A DNA stretch of 64,000 nucleotides from Candidatus Scatovivens faecipullorum (lineage in GTDB: Bacteria; Bacillota; Clostridia; TANB77; CAG-508): positions 24,080-88,079 of the forward strand of contig DVLG01000035.1 in the NCBI GenBank assembly GCA_018715625.1. Direction: 5' to 3'. Of this stretch, positions 1-8,751 are shown one piece after another (within the stretch, counting starts at the first letter, position 1; each line of letters begins with the position of its first letter). The translations under genes were made by a program, and so were the position numbers. The notes below the pieces were generated by a model. The model was not told where the DNA came from and ran no database searches. It saw only the letters and a list, made by a program, of their open reading frames with translations.

Positions 1-409
1 TATATTGTTCTCCATTTTCACTCCAATCACTTGAACCATTTTCTATATCTTCGTATTCATGTTTTGGAAGTGCTTTAACAAGTCCTATAACTGCAAAAAA
101 TAGATATATACCAAATACTAGTTTTAATAAAGTCCAAAATCCAGCAAAATAAATTTCATTAAAACATTTTCCAAATTCAGCAAGTGGAGAAACTATTCCT
201 GAACCTAGTCTTGTAAGAAATACTCCCCATAAGTCACCATTCATTGGATTTTGTGAAAATTTCACACCTGCTGCATTTTGAGCATCTATAATTGCTGTAT
301 TAAGTGGTGCTACCAACCATATAATAACAATTACAACTAGAATTGTATATACTATTAATTTAGTTTTTATTTTTCTAAAAGCTGATTTTATCTTATCTAA
401 AAATCCCAT
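1..409 (-). CDS. 5' part of a membrane protein running off the window edge; possibly the N-terminus of a VirD4/TraG-type type IV secretion coupling protein
   Basis: Not in the ORF track because it is truncated by the window edge. ATG at complement 407-409, preceded by AGGTGGG (complement of 414-420). Translation is MGFLDKIKSAFRKIKTKLIVYTILVVIVIIWLV...LLKLVFGIYLFFAVIGLVKALPKHEYEDIENGSSDWSENGEQY. It shows two hydrophobic helices followed by a GSSDW motif. This resembles the (H/Y)GS(A/S)(R/D)W motif that follows the TM pair in Firmicute coupling proteins, as recalled from memory. Confidence 0.4.
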   Translation of the reverse strand, partial: MGFLDKIKSAFRKIKTKLIVYTILVVIVIIWLVAPLNTAIIDAQNAAGVKFSQNPMNGDLWGVFLTRLGSGIVSPLAEFGKCFNEIYFAGFWTLLKLVFGIYLFFAVIGLVKALPKHEYEDIENGSSDWSENGEQY

Positions 410-460
410 TTTTCCCACCTTTTCTTAAGTAGTTTTTATATAACAAGTATATAAGGATTT

Positions 461-805
461 TTATTTTTCTTCTAATCCTTTATCTTGTGTTGTTTCTTTA
501 TTTTTAGATTTATCTTCTTTTAATCTAACTTTTGGTCCTTCAGCAATAGCAGGAATCAATGGTTTAAATGCTATAGTAGTAACTGCACCAGCTTTTGTAT
601 AATCACCTGCTTTTTTAGTTCCATCTGATGATGAAGAACTTGCAGTATTATTTGCTGTTTCACTTATTCTTTCTTCTGAAAATTCTGCTTCCATTGCTTC
701 TATTTCAAAAGCGTATCCTGCTTCTTCTATTCTTTTTTGAACATCCTCACTATTTTCTACTACTTTCATACTACCACCATTTGGCTTTGTAGTCTCTTTA
801 CTCAT
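461..805 (-). CDS. hypothetical small acidic/Ser-rich protein (114 aa)
   Basis: ORF track entry with no recognisable motif. It lies in the same orientation and is tightly spaced with its neighbours. An alternative start is Met13. Confidence 0.4.
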   Translation of the reverse strand: MSKETTKPNGGSMKVVENSEDVQKRIEEAGYAFEIEAMEAEFSEERISETANNTASSSSSDGTKKAGDYTKAGAVTTIAFKPLIPAIAEGPKVRLKEDKSKNKETTQDKGLEEK

Positions 806-840
806 AATTTATAGTCTCTCCTTTCGGCTCTCTATTTAAT

Positions 841-1371
841 TTATTTCTTTTTATCTTCTCTAATTTCAAAAGCAAAATATTTTTTATAAGGTTTTAATTT
901 GCATTTTCCTTTAACTTCATTTGCTTCTTCATCAAAATATAGAATTGGTTTTACTTCCTCTCCTGTTTCTGGATCAATTATTGAAATTGGTCTTTTCATA
1001 TTTGGTGTGTACGCAAATTCTTTAAAGTCTGTTTCTTCTTCATTATAAATTGTTTTAAATTTCATTGGCATTGGCTTCTTTGATATTCTAACCGTATCAT
1101 AATCTAAAAATCCCATATTAATTACAACTTTCTCTTTTGCAAAAGAAAGAATTACTAAAGGATTTCCCTCTGGTGCAGGGTTCTCAACAAAGAAAGTCTT
1201 TTTCTTATTATCACCAACAAATTCCTCTGAATATTCTAGCCTTTCAACAGTATACTTAGGAGAATTTTTTGCAAATTCTTTTTCAGTTTTGTTTACTTGA
1301 TATATTACAGTACTAACATCTTTACGGTCTGTAATACTAAAATATTTTCCTTGTAAGTTTTCTTCAACCAT
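841..1371 (-). CDS. hypothetical protein (176 aa)
   Basis: ORF track entry. A GGAG-type RBS (complement of about 1381-1386, GGAGAG) lies upstream. No motif was recognised. Confidence 0.5.
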   Translation of the reverse strand: MVEENLQGKYFSITDRKDVSTVIYQVNKTEKEFAKNSPKYTVERLEYSEEFVGDNKKKTFFVENPAPEGNPLVILSFAKEKVVINMGFLDYDTVRISKKPMPMKFKTIYNEEETDFKEFAYTPNMKRPISIIDPETGEEVKPILYFDEEANEVKGKCKLKPYKKYFAFEIREDKKK

Positions 1372-1485
1372 TTATTTCTACTCTCCTTATAAAAGTTTCT
1401 TACAAATGTGATTTATCTTATGTAAAAATACACATTTATTATATATTAATGATTTTAAAAAGTCAACGATTTTTTAAAACTTATG

Positions 1486-2373
1486 TTAACCAATTCTTGG
1501 ATTAAATTTAGACATTTCATTAAACTCTTTAAAAAGCTTTAATTCTTGTTTACTAGGATTCTTAGGAATCATAATTTTAGTATCTAAAATCAATTTTCCT
1601 CTACCACCTTTTCCATCTTTATAGCCTCTATTTTCTATTTCTATTTTTTCACCACTTTGTATTCCTGCTGGTACATATACAGAAACATCTTCATTAATTC
1701 CATTTATAGTTACTTTTGTACTAAGAGCAGCTTCCCAAGGAGTTAAATATAAATTAGTTTTTAAGTCATAGCCTTCAAGAGAAAAACGTTCATCATTATC
1801 TATCTTTACTCTAATAAATAAATCTCCATTTTTTCCTCCATTTTTTCCAGGCTTTCCTTGACCCACAATTCTAATTTTTTCATTATTTTGAATTCCAGCT
1901 GGTACTTGTACTTTAAATTTTTTCAGTTTTCCTTCAACTGTTCTTACTCCTATTGATTGCTCTTTTCCTCTAAATGCATCTTCTATAGAAATATTAATTT
2001 CTGTTTCTATATTTTCACCTTTACATGGTACTTTTTTATTTTTTACTTCTGCTTTTTCTTCTATTGTTCCAAAAAACATATTAAAAAAATCACTAAATAG
2101 TGAATCTTTACTTCTTTTACTTTCTTCATAATATCCGTTATGTTTTCCAACATTTCTATTCCACATTCTATCATATTTTCTTTTACTTATATTATCTGAA
2201 AGTACTCTATATGCCTCATTTATATCTTTAAATCGTTCTTCATATTTTTTATTTGCAATATTAACGTCAGGATGATATTTTTTTGCTTGTTCCCTATATG
2301 CTGCTTTTATTTGTGCCATACTAACTTTATTTGTTTGCAAACCCAAAATTTTGTAATAATCCTTAAATATCAT
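1486..2373 (-). CDS. J-domain co-chaperone, CbpA-like (DnaJ N-terminal plus DnaJ C-terminal domains, no zinc-finger region)
   Basis: The N-terminus DYYKILGL...AYREQAKKYHPDVN carries the HPD tripeptide. The C-terminal part has DnaJ-C type beta repeats (GKNGDLFIRVKI, GRGKLILDTKIMIP). There is no CxxCxGxG repeat. Confidence 0.8.
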   Translation of the reverse strand: MIFKDYYKILGLQTNKVSMAQIKAAYREQAKKYHPDVNIANKKYEERFKDINEAYRVLSDNISKRKYDRMWNRNVGKHNGYYEESKRSKDSLFSDFFNMFFGTIEEKAEVKNKKVPCKGENIETEINISIEDAFRGKEQSIGVRTVEGKLKKFKVQVPAGIQNNEKIRIVGQGKPGKNGGKNGDLFIRVKIDNDERFSLEGYDLKTNLYLTPWEAALSTKVTINGINEDVSVYVPAGIQSGEKIEIENRGYKDGKGGRGKLILDTKIMIPKNPSKQELKLFKEFNEMSKFNPRIG

Positions 2374-2546
2374 TTCAACATCCCCCGAACTTTTTTAAAA
2401 TCCAAAGTGATTATATCATTTCAATTAAAGTTTGTGAAGTTTTTTTAGAAATTTGTAGAATTTTTTTATTAATTTTATTTTTTTGAACAAACATATAAAA
2501 AATGTATTATTATTTCTAAAAGTTCACATTATATAAACTCTATAAA

Positions 2547-2588
2547 AATAGAAAGTAGTTTATATTGGTATATAAACTACTTTCTATT
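2547..2588 (-). terminator. perfect 19-bp-arm hairpin (AATAGAAAGTAGTTTATAT / tggt / ATATAAACTACTTTCTATT), followed by TTTTTAT on the minus strand
   Basis: Read directly from the sequence. It lies in a 630-bp ORF-free spacer with no minus-strand gene immediately upstream, so the transcript it terminates is unknown. Confidence 0.4.
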
Positions 2589-2901
2589 ATGTTAGCTACT
2601 TTTTAAATTTTATCTTATTATTTTTTTCTTTAGTAATTTTGACTTAACTTTTCTCTCGTTTTGTTGAATAAAATATACTACACTTTTTCCATTTTGCATA
2701 TAAAAATAATTTTACATTTTTAGGTTATTTTTAAACTTTTTCTACGCAAATCAGTAGTTTCGGTTTTTTATCATTTTTATTACTTTCAATATTTTTTCAT
2801 TTTTTATTCTGTTTTATTGTCCATTTTTCAAATTAAACATTTCAGTTGTGTTTTTTATTAATCTATTATAAATTAATTGCTTTGCCTTTTATCTTTTATA
2901 A

Positions 2902-2930
2902 TTGACATACTAATATTAATATTATATATT
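2902..2930 (+). promoter_or_regulatory. sigma-A-type promoter candidate for mscL
   Basis: TTGACA (2902-2907), a 17-nt spacer, then TATATT (2925-2930). It lies about 80 nt upstream of the mscL ATG. Confidence 0.4.
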
Positions 2931-3009
2931 TATTTTCATAAAGTATTATTATATATATCACACAAAATATTATTAATAATATTTTAAATAAATAAAATAG
3001 GTGATTATT

Positions 3010-3501
3010 ATGTTAAAAGAATTTAAAGAATTTGCCACTCGTGGTAATATTGTTGACTTAGCAGTTGGTGTTGTAATAGGTGGTGCATTTCAATCAATTA
3101 TAAATTCACTTGTATCAGATATTATCATGCCAGCAGTTTCTATTTTTACTGGAAAAGTAGATTTTTCAGATATGGTTTTTACTGTTGGTGGAGCTTCAAT
3201 AAAATATGGAAAATTCATTACTGCTGTTGTAAATTTTCTAATTATCGCTTTTTCTATATTTTTAGTTGTTAGATATTTGAATAAATTAAATAAAAAAATG
3301 GAAAATTTCAAATTTGGTAGAATAAAAAAAATATCTTCAAAATTTAAAGAAAATAAAAAAGAGGACACTTCATGTGTCCCTACTGTAAAAATTTGTCCTT
3401 ATTGTTTTTCTGAAATAAATTATAAAGCAACTCGATGTCCACATTGTACTTCAAAACTTGAAGAAAATAAAAATTTAGAAGAAACTTTACATACTTCTTA
3501 A
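3010..3501 (+). CDS. mscL: large-conductance mechanosensitive channel MscL with a C-terminal zinc-ribbon extension
   Basis: MLKEFKEFATRGNIVDLAVGVVIGGAFQSIINSLVSDIIMP closely matches the conserved MscL N-terminus and TM1. ATG 3010 is preceded by AGGTGA, so the GTG at 3001 in the ORF track is probably part of the RBS region. The C-terminus carries CPYC...CPHC. Confidence 0.85.
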   Translation: MLKEFKEFATRGNIVDLAVGVVIGGAFQSIINSLVSDIIMPAVSIFTGKVDFSDMVFTVGGASIKYGKFITAVVNFLIIAFSIFLVVRYLNKLNKKMENFKFGRIKKISSKFKENKKEDTSCVPTVKICPYCFSEINYKATRCPHCTSKLEENKNLEETLHTS

Positions 3502-3554
3502 AAATCAAAATTCAATATTTTGAAGAGAATTTTTTATATCAAATTTATATATTC

Positions 3555-4256
3555 CTACATCTCATTTAAAATTTTGTCAGCCTCTTCTTGTGTTATATAT
3601 TTATATTTTACCATTTTGCTTAAAACCTGAGCATGCCTTTGTTTTGCTAAATCAGGATTTTTAGTTGGAGAATATACTGATGGAGCATTTGGAATTCCTG
3701 CAAGTAAAGTAGATTCATATAAACTCATATCTTGAACTTCTTTATCGAAATATCCTTCTGCTGCATCATGTATATTATAATATCCATCTCCGAAATACAT
3801 TGTATTTACATATAATTCAAAAATTTCTTCTTTACTACATTCTTTTTCAAATTCAAATGCCATAAAAACTTCTGCAATTTTCCTAGTAAATTCTTTCTTT
3901 TGAGTAAAATATGTATTTTTAGCAAGTTGCTGAGTTATTGTACTTCCTCCTTCTGCTAAGCTCATTGTTTGTATATCTTTTATAACTGCTCTTGCTATTG
4001 AAATCAAATCTATTCCATTATGTTCAAAAAATCTTCTATCTTCTACTGCAATAACTGCATGAACATAATCATCTGGTAAAGTCTCAAATTCTGTATAGTA
4101 TTCTGTGGCATCTTTTATTTCCTCAATTTTATCTGATATGCTTGTTTCTGTTATTGCTTCTTTATACATTGTATATCCCTGATAAGTTAAAACTCCTCCT
4201 GCAATTACTCCAATAGTTACTATAAAAATTAAAATACGCTTCAAAATTTTTTTCAT
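3555..4256 (-). CDS. monofunctional peptidoglycan glycosyltransferase (GT51) with N-terminal membrane anchor
   Basis: GT51 motifs AVEDRRFFEHNGID and GGSTITQQLAKN are present. There is an N-terminal TM helix and no transpeptidase domain. Confidence 0.8.
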   Translation of the reverse strand: MKKILKRILIFIVTIGVIAGGVLTYQGYTMYKEAITETSISDKIEEIKDATEYYTEFETLPDDYVHAVIAVEDRRFFEHNGIDLISIARAVIKDIQTMSLAEGGSTITQQLAKNTYFTQKKEFTRKIAEVFMAFEFEKECSKEEIFELYVNTMYFGDGYYNIHDAAEGYFDKEVQDMSLYESTLLAGIPNAPSVYSPTKNPDLAKQRHAQVLSKMVKYKYITQEEADKILNEM

Positions 4257-4306
4257 ATACTTCTCCTAATATTAATCTTGCTAGAATATAATAATTTATA
4301 TTTATT

Positions 4307-4759
4307 TTAATACCCTAGTTTTTTTAAAAAAGCTTCACAGCCTTCTACAATATCTTCATAAGTTTTATCAAAATTTCCTGTATACCAAGGATCTGCTATA
4401 TCTCTTGGATTTTCAGTAAAGTCTAAAAGTTTACTTATCTTTTTATTTTTATCATTTCCAATTATTCCAATAATTGATTGAATATTTCTTTCTTCCATTC
4501 CTATTATATAATCATATTTTTCATAATCTGTTTTTTTTAGTTTTATAGCTTTTCTATGTTCAACTTTAATTCCAACAGAGTTTAATTTCCTTACTGTTCC
4601 ATAATGAACATCGTTTCCGATTTCTTCAGAACTCGTTGCAGAAGATGCTATATAAAATTTATCGTCTATTCCTCTTTTTCTTGTCATATCTTTTAAAATA
4701 AATTCTGCCATTGGAGAACGACATATATTTCCCAAACATACAAACATCACTTTTATCAT
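4307..4759 (-). CDS. low-molecular-weight protein-tyrosine phosphatase
   Basis: The N-terminal P-loop VCLGNICRSP fits CX5R(S/T). A DP motif (DIADPWY) lies near the C-terminus. Confidence 0.8.
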   Translation of the reverse strand: MIKVMFVCLGNICRSPMAEFILKDMTRKRGIDDKFYIASSATSSEEIGNDVHYGTVRKLNSVGIKVEHRKAIKLKKTDYEKYDYIIGMEERNIQSIIGIIGNDKNKKISKLLDFTENPRDIADPWYTGNFDKTYEDIVEGCEAFLKKLGY

Positions 4760-4906
4760 AATATTCCTCCTGCTCTTATATATCTATTTTACCATAAAAA
4801 CATTCTATTTCAATTAAATTAAGAAAATATTAAAAAAGAGATAGTAATTCTCTAATGAATTACTATCTCAAAAAAATATCTTGATATTTTTTATTAAAGT
4901 ATAAAT

Positions 4907-6163
4907 TTATTTACTTACTACTTTATTTCCTTTTTGTCCTTTAACTCCTCCTTGCATAGCAAGTATATTTTGATCATAAGAAAAAGTTAATTTTTCTTTA
5001 TCTCTAAATCTTTTTATTGCTATATCAATAATTTCATCTAATTCTTTTTCAAATGGCTTTCCAGTTGCTTCCCACAAATAGTAAGATAAAGCTCCTGGAA
5101 TTGTATTTATTTCATTTACATATACTTTATCGGTTTCCGTATCTATTAAGAAATCTACTCTTGCAACACCACTACATCCCAAAGTTTTAAATACTTCTTT
5201 TGCTAAATTTTTAATCTCTTCTGTTTTTTCTTTACTTATATCTGCTGGAATTTTCTTATTAGCAAAACCATTATTTTCTGTTTTTGCTCCTCCTGTTTTT
5301 GTACCATATTTTACAGAAACACCCTTTCCACCAATAGTTCCACCTTTAGATTTTCCATCACCTATATATTTATCTGCATAACTTAAAATCTCATCTGAGA
5401 AAAATGGTTCTTCACACACAGAAGTTTCAGATTCAGTTAAGTTCCCTATTACAGAACAATTTATTTCTTTTAACTTCTCTACAGCTTTTTCAACTATAAT
5501 TCTATCTGCAAATTCCATTGCAAATTCTATTGCCTCTTCTAGTTCATGTTTATTTTTTGCTTTTTTGATTCCAACACTAGAACCTAAATTTCCTGGTTTT
5601 ACAATCATTGGATAAGTTAATTTTTCATTAATTTCTTTTAATATTTTTTCCTCATCTTTTATGTATTCCATAGAATAGAAAGAAAAATAATCTACAACTG
5701 GTATTCCAGATTCTCTTAAAACTTTCTTTTGCAAAATTTTATCCATTCCTATACTTGATGCCATTATATCTGGTCCTACAAAAGGAATTCCAAGTAAATT
5801 AACAAATCCTGCAATAGTTCCATCTTCGCAATTTGTTCCATGAACTATTGGAAATGCAACATCTATGGTATTTAATACTCTTTTTCCAATTAATGGAGCT
5901 GGACATCTAACCACTTTTACTCCTTTTCCATCATTCACAACAGCTACTTTATAGCATCTTTTTAACAATACATCCATATCTCTAAAAGAATATAAATCTA
6001 ATAAATCATCTCCTGTATACATTACTCCATTTTTAGCAATATATATAGGAACAACTTCATATTTTTCTGGGTTTAAACTAGATATTGCTTGATTCATTGT
6101 GATTACTGAAATTTCATGCTCTACTGATTCTCCACCGAAAAAAACACCTACTTTTATTTTCAT
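4907..6163 (-). CDS. ddl: D-alanine--D-alanine ligase family protein (ATP-grasp) with a Gly/Lys-rich insertion
   Basis: The N-terminus is KVGVFFGGESVEHEISV. Other matches are HGTNCEDGTIAG, the ATP-grasp core PMIVKPGNLGSSVGI, and the C-terminal ARVDFLID...VYVNEINTIPG. Confidence 0.85.
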   Translation of the reverse strand: MKIKVGVFFGGESVEHEISVITMNQAISSLNPEKYEVVPIYIAKNGVMYTGDDLLDLYSFRDMDVLLKRCYKVAVVNDGKGVKVVRCPAPLIGKRVLNTIDVAFPIVHGTNCEDGTIAGFVNLLGIPFVGPDIMASSIGMDKILQKKVLRESGIPVVDYFSFYSMEYIKDEEKILKEINEKLTYPMIVKPGNLGSSVGIKKAKNKHELEEAIEFAMEFADRIIVEKAVEKLKEINCSVIGNLTESETSVCEEPFFSDEILSYADKYIGDGKSKGGTIGGKGVSVKYGTKTGGAKTENNGFANKKIPADISKEKTEEIKNLAKEVFKTLGCSGVARVDFLIDTETDKVYVNEINTIPGALSYYLWEATGKPFEKELDEIIDIAIKRFRDKEKLTFSYDQNILAMQGGVKGQKGNKVVSK

Positions 6164-6227
6164 TATTATCTAATCCCTCATTTTATAAATTTAGGTTTTT
6201 TAGGATACCTATAAACCATATTAAATT

Positions 6228-7802
6228 TTATAAATAATTATCTGGTAAATCATTTTCTAATAATACAACACTATCTGATGTTAATATAGAATTCATTTTA
6301 CTTAAAGCTTCTTGAAGATTTTGAGCTATAAATACTTGTGATTCAGGATAATCTTTTTCTCTTATTCCATTAAATATTGGAACTGTTTGATTTGCTCCAA
6401 CTAATATTATAAAATCACTACTTTCTGCTGCTTTTCTTCCTAACTCTTGATTTATTTCTATTGATTTATCTCCAAGTTCTACAATTCCTGGAGTAATTAA
6501 AATTCTCTTTCTATTTTCAAATGCTTTTAATACTTCTAATGCCATAGTTGCTCCTCTAATATTAGAATTATAAGCATCATCAATAATTATACTTCCATTA
6601 GGATTTTGTTTAAGCTCTAATCTATGTGGTACAGGTCGGATATATTTTGCACCTACTTTTATTTCTTCTGGTGTAAGTCCTAATTTATCTGCAATAGCAA
6701 CCGCACCAACAATATTTAAAATATTTAATTTTCCAAGTAATCTTGTTTTTATTCTGATACTTTCTTTTTCAGGTATTACTACATCAAATGATGATCCTCT
6801 TTCTGTTATATTAATATTTTCAGCATAGTAATCTGCAGAATTTGAAAGTCCGAATTTTACCATATTTTTAGTAATCTTCGAATTTCTAATATTTTCATCT
6901 TCCCAATTTACAAAAGCTATTCCATCATCTTCTGGAAGACTATCTATTAATTCTAATTTAGTTTTTTTAACATTGTCTAAACTCTTGAAAGTGTCTAGAT
7001 GTTGTGGCCCAATTGCAGTTAAAATTCCATAGTTTGGATTTACAATATCTGTTATTTCTTTTATGTCACCAACATATTTTGCACCCATCTCACATATAAA
7101 TAATTGATGCATTGGTGTAAGTTTTTCGTTAATTGTTCTTACTACCCCCATTGTAGTATTATAACTTTCTGGTGTCATAAGTGTATTATATTTTTGAGAA
7201 AGTATTGTATTTACTACATATTTTGTACTTGTTTTTCCATAACTTCCTGTTATTCCAATTACCTTTAATCCCGGAATTTCCTTTAATTTATTTTTAGCTT
7301 TTTTACAAAAACCTCTTCTTATGCTTTTTTCTATTGGTTTATTTATTAAACTAACTACATACACTAAAATATAAGAAAACATTGCAAAAATATTTATAAT
7401 GCTAAGTATTAATTTATAATTAAAAATATTAGCACAAACAACAGCAATTACAAATAATATTAAATAAGTTGTATATACTCTTTTTATTCTAGCTGTAACT
7501 ACAAAAGCTTTCTTTTCTTTAGCTCTTTTAGTAGTAAATATTAAGTATAATAACCCCAAAATTTCCACTAAAAATCCTGTATTTATTGATACTGGTGTAT
7601 TTATTGCAAATAATATAATTGGTAATAAAAGTATAATTATTGTTTTAATATTAAGTACTTTTTTGGCATATCTTTTCATCCATACAACATATCTATCAAG
7701 ATAATAATTTTCTAATTGTAAAATATGTAAGCCATGTCTTGCAATTTTATAAACGTACAGTAATATTAAAAATAAACTAAAATTTAATAATACTTTTTCC
7801 AT
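6228..7802 (-). CDS. murF: Mur ligase family protein, MurF-like (UDP-MurNAc-tripeptide--D-Ala-D-Ala ligase type) with a polytopic N-terminal membrane domain
   Basis: The P-loop GITGSYGKTSTK and Mur-ligase middle and C-terminal motifs (DDAYNSN, PHRLE) are present. The first ~165 residues are hydrophobic helices. The ORF track starts at 7826, but ATG 7802 (MEKVLL...) has the best-spaced GAGGGG RBS. Confidence 0.65.
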   Translation of the reverse strand: MEKVLLNFSLFLILLYVYKIARHGLHILQLENYYLDRYVVWMKRYAKKVLNIKTIIILLLPIILFAINTPVSINTGFLVEILGLLYLIFTTKRAKEKKAFVVTARIKRVYTTYLILFVIAVVCANIFNYKLILSIINIFAMFSYILVYVVSLINKPIEKSIRRGFCKKAKNKLKEIPGLKVIGITGSYGKTSTKYVVNTILSQKYNTLMTPESYNTTMGVVRTINEKLTPMHQLFICEMGAKYVGDIKEITDIVNPNYGILTAIGPQHLDTFKSLDNVKKTKLELIDSLPEDDGIAFVNWEDENIRNSKITKNMVKFGLSNSADYYAENINITERGSSFDVVIPEKESIRIKTRLLGKLNILNIVGAVAIADKLGLTPEEIKVGAKYIRPVPHRLELKQNPNGSIIIDDAYNSNIRGATMALEVLKAFENRKRILITPGIVELGDKSIEINQELGRKAAESSDFIILVGANQTVPIFNGIREKDYPESQVFIAQNLQEALSKMNSILTSDSVVLLENDLPDNYL

Positions 7803-7815
7803 TATCATTTCCCCT

Positions 7816-8583
7816 CTATTTATCATTTTTCAAAAATTCATTAACAACAGTATTAAAGTTATTTAAATTTTCCAAATAAGAAAAATGTGATGATCCTGCA
7901 TATTCTATTAAACCACTATCAGGAATCAACTTTTCCATTTTTTTTGCATCGCTTATTGGTGTAGCTGTATCTAAACTACCCCAAAATATTAATGTTGGAA
8001 CACTAATCTTTGGCAATAAATAGCTTAAGTCTTCATTTACAATTAATTTCATTGTTTCTTTTAAAACATTCGCAGAAGCTTTATAATCACTTGAACCTAC
8101 ATTGCTACGCAATTTTTCTTTAAAAGCTTTTATTCTTTTTGTATTTGGCAACAAATTTAAAATAAATTTGCCTGTTTTATAAAAAGCAATTTTAATATAA
8201 TATCCCAAACTTCTTTTTGGCTTTATTCCTGCACTATCAATTAAAATTACTTTTTTAGCTTTTACCAAGCCTCTACCAACTGCATTAATAATAATTCTTC
8301 CACCATTTGAATGCCCGATTAAAATAGGATTTTCTATTTTTAATTCATCAACAAACTTTTTTAAAAAATCGCCAAAATCATCTGTTTTTAATGGATGTTC
8401 TGGTAAATCACTTTTTCCAAATCCTACAACATCTACTAAATAAACTTTAAAATTCTGGCTTAAATTATTCGCAACTGGTCTCATAGTTTCTAGAGTTGCG
8501 AGCCATCCATGTAATAAAATTACTGGATTCCCTTTTCCTAAAACTTCATAGTTTATGTTCCAGTCATTTATTTTAACCTGCAA
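7816..8583 (-). CDS. alpha/beta-fold hydrolase
   Basis: An HGW oxyanion-type motif and the nucleophile elbow GHSNGG are present. The TTG start at 8583 is preceded by GGAGGGG. Confidence 0.75.
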   Translation of the reverse strand: MQVKINDWNINYEVLGKGNPVILLHGWLATLETMRPVANNLSQNFKVYLVDVVGFGKSDLPEHPLKTDDFGDFLKKFVDELKIENPILIGHSNGGRIIINAVGRGLVKAKKVILIDSAGIKPKRSLGYYIKIAFYKTGKFILNLLPNTKRIKAFKEKLRSNVGSSDYKASANVLKETMKLIVNEDLSYLLPKISVPTLIFWGSLDTATPISDAKKMEKLIPDSGLIEYAGSSHFSYLENLNNFNTVVNEFLKNDK

Positions 8584-8604
8584 GTTTTCCCCTCCTATAT
8601 GTAA

Positions 8605-8630
8605 TCCACAAAAAGTTAACTTTCTGTGGA
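8605..8630. promoter_or_regulatory. inverted repeat TCCACA-N14-TGTGGA in the leader of the hydrolase/murF-like/ddl operon
   Basis: Read directly from the sequence. It has the same architecture (14-nt spacer ending CTTTC, right arm TGTGGAAA) as the repeat at 43377-43406. Confidence 0.3.
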
Positions 8631-8751
8631 AAATTTCTTACTATAATTTATTCAAATTAACAGTTTTTGTTACTCGCTATTATATTATAACAATATTGTT
8701 ACAATTTCAATCTTTTTTATTGAAATCTTTCTTTTTTTAATTTTATTTTTT

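Noticed and set aside
3090-3368. 92-aa minus-strand ORF inside mscL
   Set aside because: It is antisense to a strongly conserved MscL sequence and has no independent support.
8698-8711. 14-bp perfect palindrome TAACAATATTGTTA in the hydrolase operon promoter region
   Set aside because: Short A/T-only palindromes are expected by chance in DNA this AT-rich, and I noticed no second copy.
8555-8740. 61-aa plus-strand ORF in the ypeB/hydrolase intergenic region
   Set aside because: It has no RBS and spans the promoter and leader of the minus-strand operon. Its sequence is hydrophobic and low-complexity.
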